The notes beneath the pieces were generated by a model that did not search any database, had not been told where the DNA came from, and was given only the letters and a program-made list of their open reading frames with translations. DNA of 64,000 nt, taken from NCBI GenBank assembly GCA_043228905.1, contig JBHGNT010000018.1, positions 5,084,001 through 5,148,000 of the forward strand, written 5' to 3'. The position numbers and the translations under genes are program-made. The DNA is from Azolla caroliniana. Taxonomy: Eukaryota > Plantae > Polypodiophyta. Shown one piece after another: positions 59,561 through 64,000 of the stretch (position 1 is the stretch's first letter; the number at the start of each line of letters is the position of its first letter).

Positions 59561-61988
59561 TGGTGAATATAGTTCATTTGTTTGATTTAGCTCTAAAGAA
59601 TGAAAGTGTTTACCTTCGGGGTGTTGCTTGTGCCTATAAGTTTGACATTCTTAAACGTTGTTGCCATTGCAAGCATGATGGCAACAAAGGCCATGTACAA
59701 ACTAGTGGTTCCTACAAGTTTGCAATAGAAATCAAGTCATCAATAAGTTGATAAGCTCATAGCTTCATATTGAACATCTCCAAGATATCAAACAATATTA
59801 AAGCAAATTTTCACCTTGAAGATCCTTCATTTGCAATGGTCTGTTAACCAACTGAAGTGTCGTAGCATTTCTCAAGGCTCTTCGAGATGATTGGGACACG
59901 GAAAGATAAGAATGAGACATGTTATAGATTGGTTTGGTCTCTAATTCTTGGCTATCTACAAAATTTCAAAGTAGACATGGTAGATATTGGATTAGGTTTG
60001 AATAATCACAAGTTTCTTAAATTCATAGCTTCACGTTGATTATGATTAATCATTATATGTGGGTTATGATGAACTCTTCGCAGACAAATCCACTCCAAAT
60101 CTATTTTACATAATTTTCTTGAATAGTTCAAATTATAGGATATTTGTTTCATGTAAGATGAATAGATGTAGGGTCATGTATGATAAATTCCTTTCTTCTC
60201 CACACGATCTTATAAATTATTATTCCCCAAGCATTCTTATTGCATGTAGATTATTAAGAGGATTTCAATTACATTTATTGGATAAAGATAAAGTACCAGT
60301 AAATTCAGATGGTTTAGAAGCATCTTCATTTCTTGATGATGAGGGTTGCTCTGATGATTCCAATGGTCTACATGATGTCAAGCTTTTCCTTCTTCTGTAG
60401 CCACCGATATCATAGCATGATTCATCGGCAATGTGTATGGTATTCCATAACATTGGAGACCTTGGCACTATAAGCTCCTTATTGGAGTTTGTTCTAAGGC
60501 GAGGAAGTTCGCTATCCAATCCATCAATAAATTGTTGTGTATTTATACATCTATGAAAGAACATAAATAATAAATTAATCCAGATCTAGAAAACCAAATG
60601 TGCATGAGCGCGAAACATTAAAAGCTAGATAGTTTTACAAATAGTTAGCGAAATTTCGACATATCTAAGTAGTCTTGTTTAAATTCTTTATTTTCCATTG
60701 TCCTATATCTATTGGTACACCCCTTTTTCAACATCTTAAATTTAGTCGGGCATTTATTTCAACACAGCTTACTACTATCTCAACGTCTCAATGTTCATCC
60801 AAATCTTATGCCAAATGTCTTTGAACATGCACATGCTTCCCCATGTGCTTCATAGTCATTGAATCAGTTTTGTGACCAAAACACCAACAATCAGCCCGAA
60901 TCTTTTTAACCCCCAATCAAAATGTGACTTCGTGTGTGTTCCCCAAGTACTTCAACATTGCATCAATGATCCTAGATGTGGGACGAAGATTGGACGATCT
61001 TAGGTCTTTCACAAAATCTAAGTATAATTAGATATATTTATCAGCTATTTGATTCATAAAATTTGCAACACGATAACTAGGTTGGAAGGTTGAGTTCCAT
61101 CGAGATATAGTATCTCGAGTTCATCCCTCCTCCCCTCAAAATTTCACTTCGTGGAGGGACTTTTGAATCTTTTCTAAATTACTTAAAAAATCCAACAACA
61201 TGTTGATCATGTTTCCTTTACACATATCGACACAGATTGATAACTTGGATGGGTAACATGTCCATTTGCATGACCCGACTTCAGAATCCAAGCCAACCAT
61301 CAAATACAACTAGGAATCGGCAACGATTCGGTTTCGGCTTAACCAGTTTGGAAGCTTTCAAACTTGAACCAAACCAAATTAGGAACCAGTTTGGAAGTTT
61401 TCAAACTTGAACCAAACCGGTTTAGGAACCTCTTTGGAAATTTTCAAACTTGAACCAAACCAGTTTAGAACTAGTCTCGAAAAACCGTTTATCCTTAACC
61501 GATTTGGCCCAATCTGGTTTGGTTTGGCTTGAGGCTTGCCAAACCAAGCTCAAACTGGTTTACGAAGCTCAAGCTTGAACCGAACAGAACTGAAGCGCAA
61601 AACCACCAAACCGTTTAAAATCAGTTTAAGGATTGGTTTAGGCTTGAACGGAGCCATTGTCGACTCCGAGATACAGCCCCTAGCAAGGCCAAGCCTTCTA
61701 CTCACCCGGTGACCACACCCATGGTCCAAGCAAATCTCAAGACCACAAGTTGCATTTTAAGTCCATTCACACCAGAAATCTGTTCACACCAAAGAAAGCA
61801 AAGAGAAACAGGAAAGGCAAACCCTACCTTGGACAAGAAGTAAATGAAGTAGGAGAAGGAGAAGAAGACTGAGGTTGAGTAGAAATCCATGGATTCTGAT
61901 GTAGCCTGTCAAAATACAGAGCAGAAGACAAGGAAGAGTTCCCCAGCCCAAACACAGCTCTGTCCATTAGCAGAATGACCATCGCCAT
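58783..61988 (-). CDS. DnaJ-type (CxxCxGxG) zinc-finger protein without a J-domain, probably plastid-targeted with one TM helix. Exons 61988-61828, 60550-60297, 59955-59815, 59711-59614, 59373-59239, 58875-58783; ~293 aa.
   Basis: All junctions are GT-AG with matching phases and total 882 nt. Ser-rich N-terminus, hydrophobic LYMAFVAIMLAMA, then CVNCNGYG, CEICKGKG, CPLCFGS and CRSCGG. Confidence 0.8.
59476..59559. repeat. (TG)n microsatellite in an intron
   Basis: About 42 uninterrupted TG units. Confidence 0.95.
61311..61669. mobile_element. Degenerate hAT-like MITE in intron 1 of the zinc-finger gene
   Basis: Imperfect ~22-bp TIR (AGGAATCGGCAACG / CATTGTCGACTCCG). Decayed 8-bp TSD AATACAAC / GATACAGC. 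Three internal ~43-bp tandem units containing ttcaaacttgaaccaaacc. Confidence 0.6.
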
Positions 61989-62724
61989 CGGAATCCCTGC
62001 ATTCTCCCAACAAAATTTTTTAAAACCAGAGATTAAAAAAAAAAAAAACCTCACTCTTGACAACCCAATTTGAAAGCCCTCGTTAGAAAATCAGATTGAA
62101 AAAAATCTGACGAGGAAAAAGAGCTGCGGATTTCAGGCGTATCTATCAGAGGCAAAATAATTAGGCTCTCCTAATTACAACCCAAGGAGCTTGATTAGGG
62201 AAAGACAAACTCATTAACCAGATATGTTGATGGGTGCAATTAGGGGGGGCTAATGAAGAGGATCCAAATGAGTATCTAAGACCTTTTTCGGATGTGATAA
62301 TGAAGAGTAATTAGGATCGGAAAGTTACCCGCAAACCGAAATAAAGGATCGGGCGAAATCCGGGTGTAATTATCGAAGAATGGGAGGGCTGCAGAGTAAT
62401 TAGGCTCTCTTAATTACTACCCAGGTGAGCTTGATTAGGATCTTAATGACAAATCAGGATAAAGAAGATAAATTATCCAATGGACTTGATATGAAGTACA
62501 TATACATAGTATTGATAAATACATAAGATATAAATGATGGATAAGGAGAAAGAAAAGAGAGAGAGAAAAAAATCCTTTGGATTGTTTGGCGTTGCTTGAA
62601 TCTCCATGCCACGTGGCATCCCTGGCAACCACCAACTTCTTATTTTTGAGGGGTCTCTTATTCTTATTACCATTCCATGACAATTATATTTCTTGGTCTT
62701 TAAGTTGAAGGGATTTGGTCCCAC

Positions 62725-62769
62725 TCATTCATTCATTCATTCATTCATTCATTCATTCATTCATTCATT
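62725..62769. repeat. (CATT)n microsatellite
   Basis: About 11 tandem CATT units. Confidence 0.9.
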
Positions 62770-63146
62770 GATTTTTTTCGTGGGAAACCTCACCAATCAT
62801 CCGTTACAAATATAAAAACCTCGCACTTCTTCGAAAGCCAAAATGCGAACCTTTAAAGTCAAGCCAAATTACCTGTCGTGAGATTCCGTCAAACCTGTGT
62901 GACAGTCATAGCGACCTTATTTCTATGAAAAATGGCCCGAAGAAATGTTGATTGTCGACAAATATTGGGGAGACAAAGGAGGGGGTAGGGGAGCATCCAA
63001 GTACCACATGATTGTGAGTTATTCGATTTGTTCAACAATACCCAAAATTTGATCCCCATTGCAAAAAGATGGCATCACGTTGTAGATGATTCAGAAAGAG
63101 ACAAAACAAACAAAAGGATTTTCCGAATCCCATGTTTGGAAACCCT

Positions 63147-63741
63147 GGTCGCAAATTGCCCCTCAAACTAGCGGATAAAAGTTCTTGTGTATGGACCAAA
63201 ACCGTTACAAATGAATCATTGTTTCTTGTGTAGCCCCCCCCCCCCCCCCCCCCCCCAATCCCATGGCTATGCACTTTCGGATGCACGATGGTTTCAAGAA
63301 TCCAACTCATTTGGGTCGAAATGGAAGCATAAGGATAGAGTTGAGAATGGGTGGAAAGAGGGTGAGGAGTAAGAAATGTTGGAGGATTAAGGGTTGGGGT
63401 TGAGGTCATGGTCATGGTCATGGTCATGGTGGTCGCAAATTGCCCCTCAAACTAACGGATAAAAGTTCTTGTGTATGGACCAAAACCGTTACAAATGAAT
63501 CATTGTTTCTTGTGTAGCCCCCCCCCCCCCCCCCCCAATCCCATGGCTATCCACTTTCGGATGCACGATGGTTTCAAGAATCCAACTCATTTGGGTCGAA
63601 ATGGAAGCATAAGGATAGAGTTGAGAATGGGTGGAAAGAGGGTGAGGAGTAAGAAATGTTGGAGGATTAAGGGTTGGGGTTGAGGTCATGGTCATGGTCA
63701 TGGTCATGGTCATGGTCATGGTCATGGTCATGGTCATGGTC
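63147..63741. repeat. Two-copy ~285-310-bp tandem repeat with poly-C and a variable (CATGGT)n tail. A diverged partial third copy lies at ~63890-64000.
   Basis: ggtcgcaaattgcccctcaaacta... starts at 63147 and 63431. The hexamer tail has ~4 units in one copy and ~9 in the other. Confidence 0.9.
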
Positions 63742-64000
63742 AAGTCTATTAGTGTACAATGAGAATTGGAGAAGGAAAGTTGTAAGTAGGGATGGGACTA
63801 GTTGTGCCAAGTTTTGTCATGAGGGGTTGAGGGGATGCAGAGGAGTGGGATGTCAGCATTTATCTAACCTCCTTGGGTCAATTCCATGTGTTTCGACCCA
63901 TTGACTCACTTGGGTTGAAATGGAAGTTATAAGGATAGAGTTGAGAATGTGGGCAAGAGAGAATGGGTGGAAAGGGGGTGAGGAGCAAGAAATGGTGGAG

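Noticed and set aside
59461-63904. Low-complexity ORFs (CVCVCV, MTMTMT, WSWSWS, poly-P/G)
   Set aside because: These are translations of microsatellites and homopolymers.

Overview
Eukaryotic land-plant nuclear DNA, most likely a fern or other seed-free vascular plant. This is an inference from the DYW:WW-like PLS-PPR gene, the AT-rich GT-AG introns and the retroelement types. Host genes: (1) the last 10 exons of a mitochondrial-type pyruvate dehydrogenase E2 (dihydrolipoamide acetyltransferase) with an altered catalytic motif; (2) an intronless PLS-E-DYW-like RNA-editing factor with a non-canonical DYW domain; (3) three intronless, GC-rich, secreted, kinase-less legume (L-type) lectin genes, two of them in a ~4-kb segmental duplication; (4) a six-exon DnaJ-type zinc-finger gene with a transit-peptide-like N-terminus that the ORF track does not assemble. 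About 27.7-58.3 kb is a nest of LTR retrotransposons: Copia families called A, B and D here, solo LTRs, and Gypsy pieces including one with a tRNA-Trp PBS. Its insertion order can be read from the target-site duplications. Also present are three hAT-type MITEs, LINE and Copia relics, a 111-bp near-perfect inverted repeat, and a tandem array of convergent tRNA-derived Pol III-promoter modules embedded in (GA)n. All calls were made by eye with no database searches, so coordinates may be off by a few bases.
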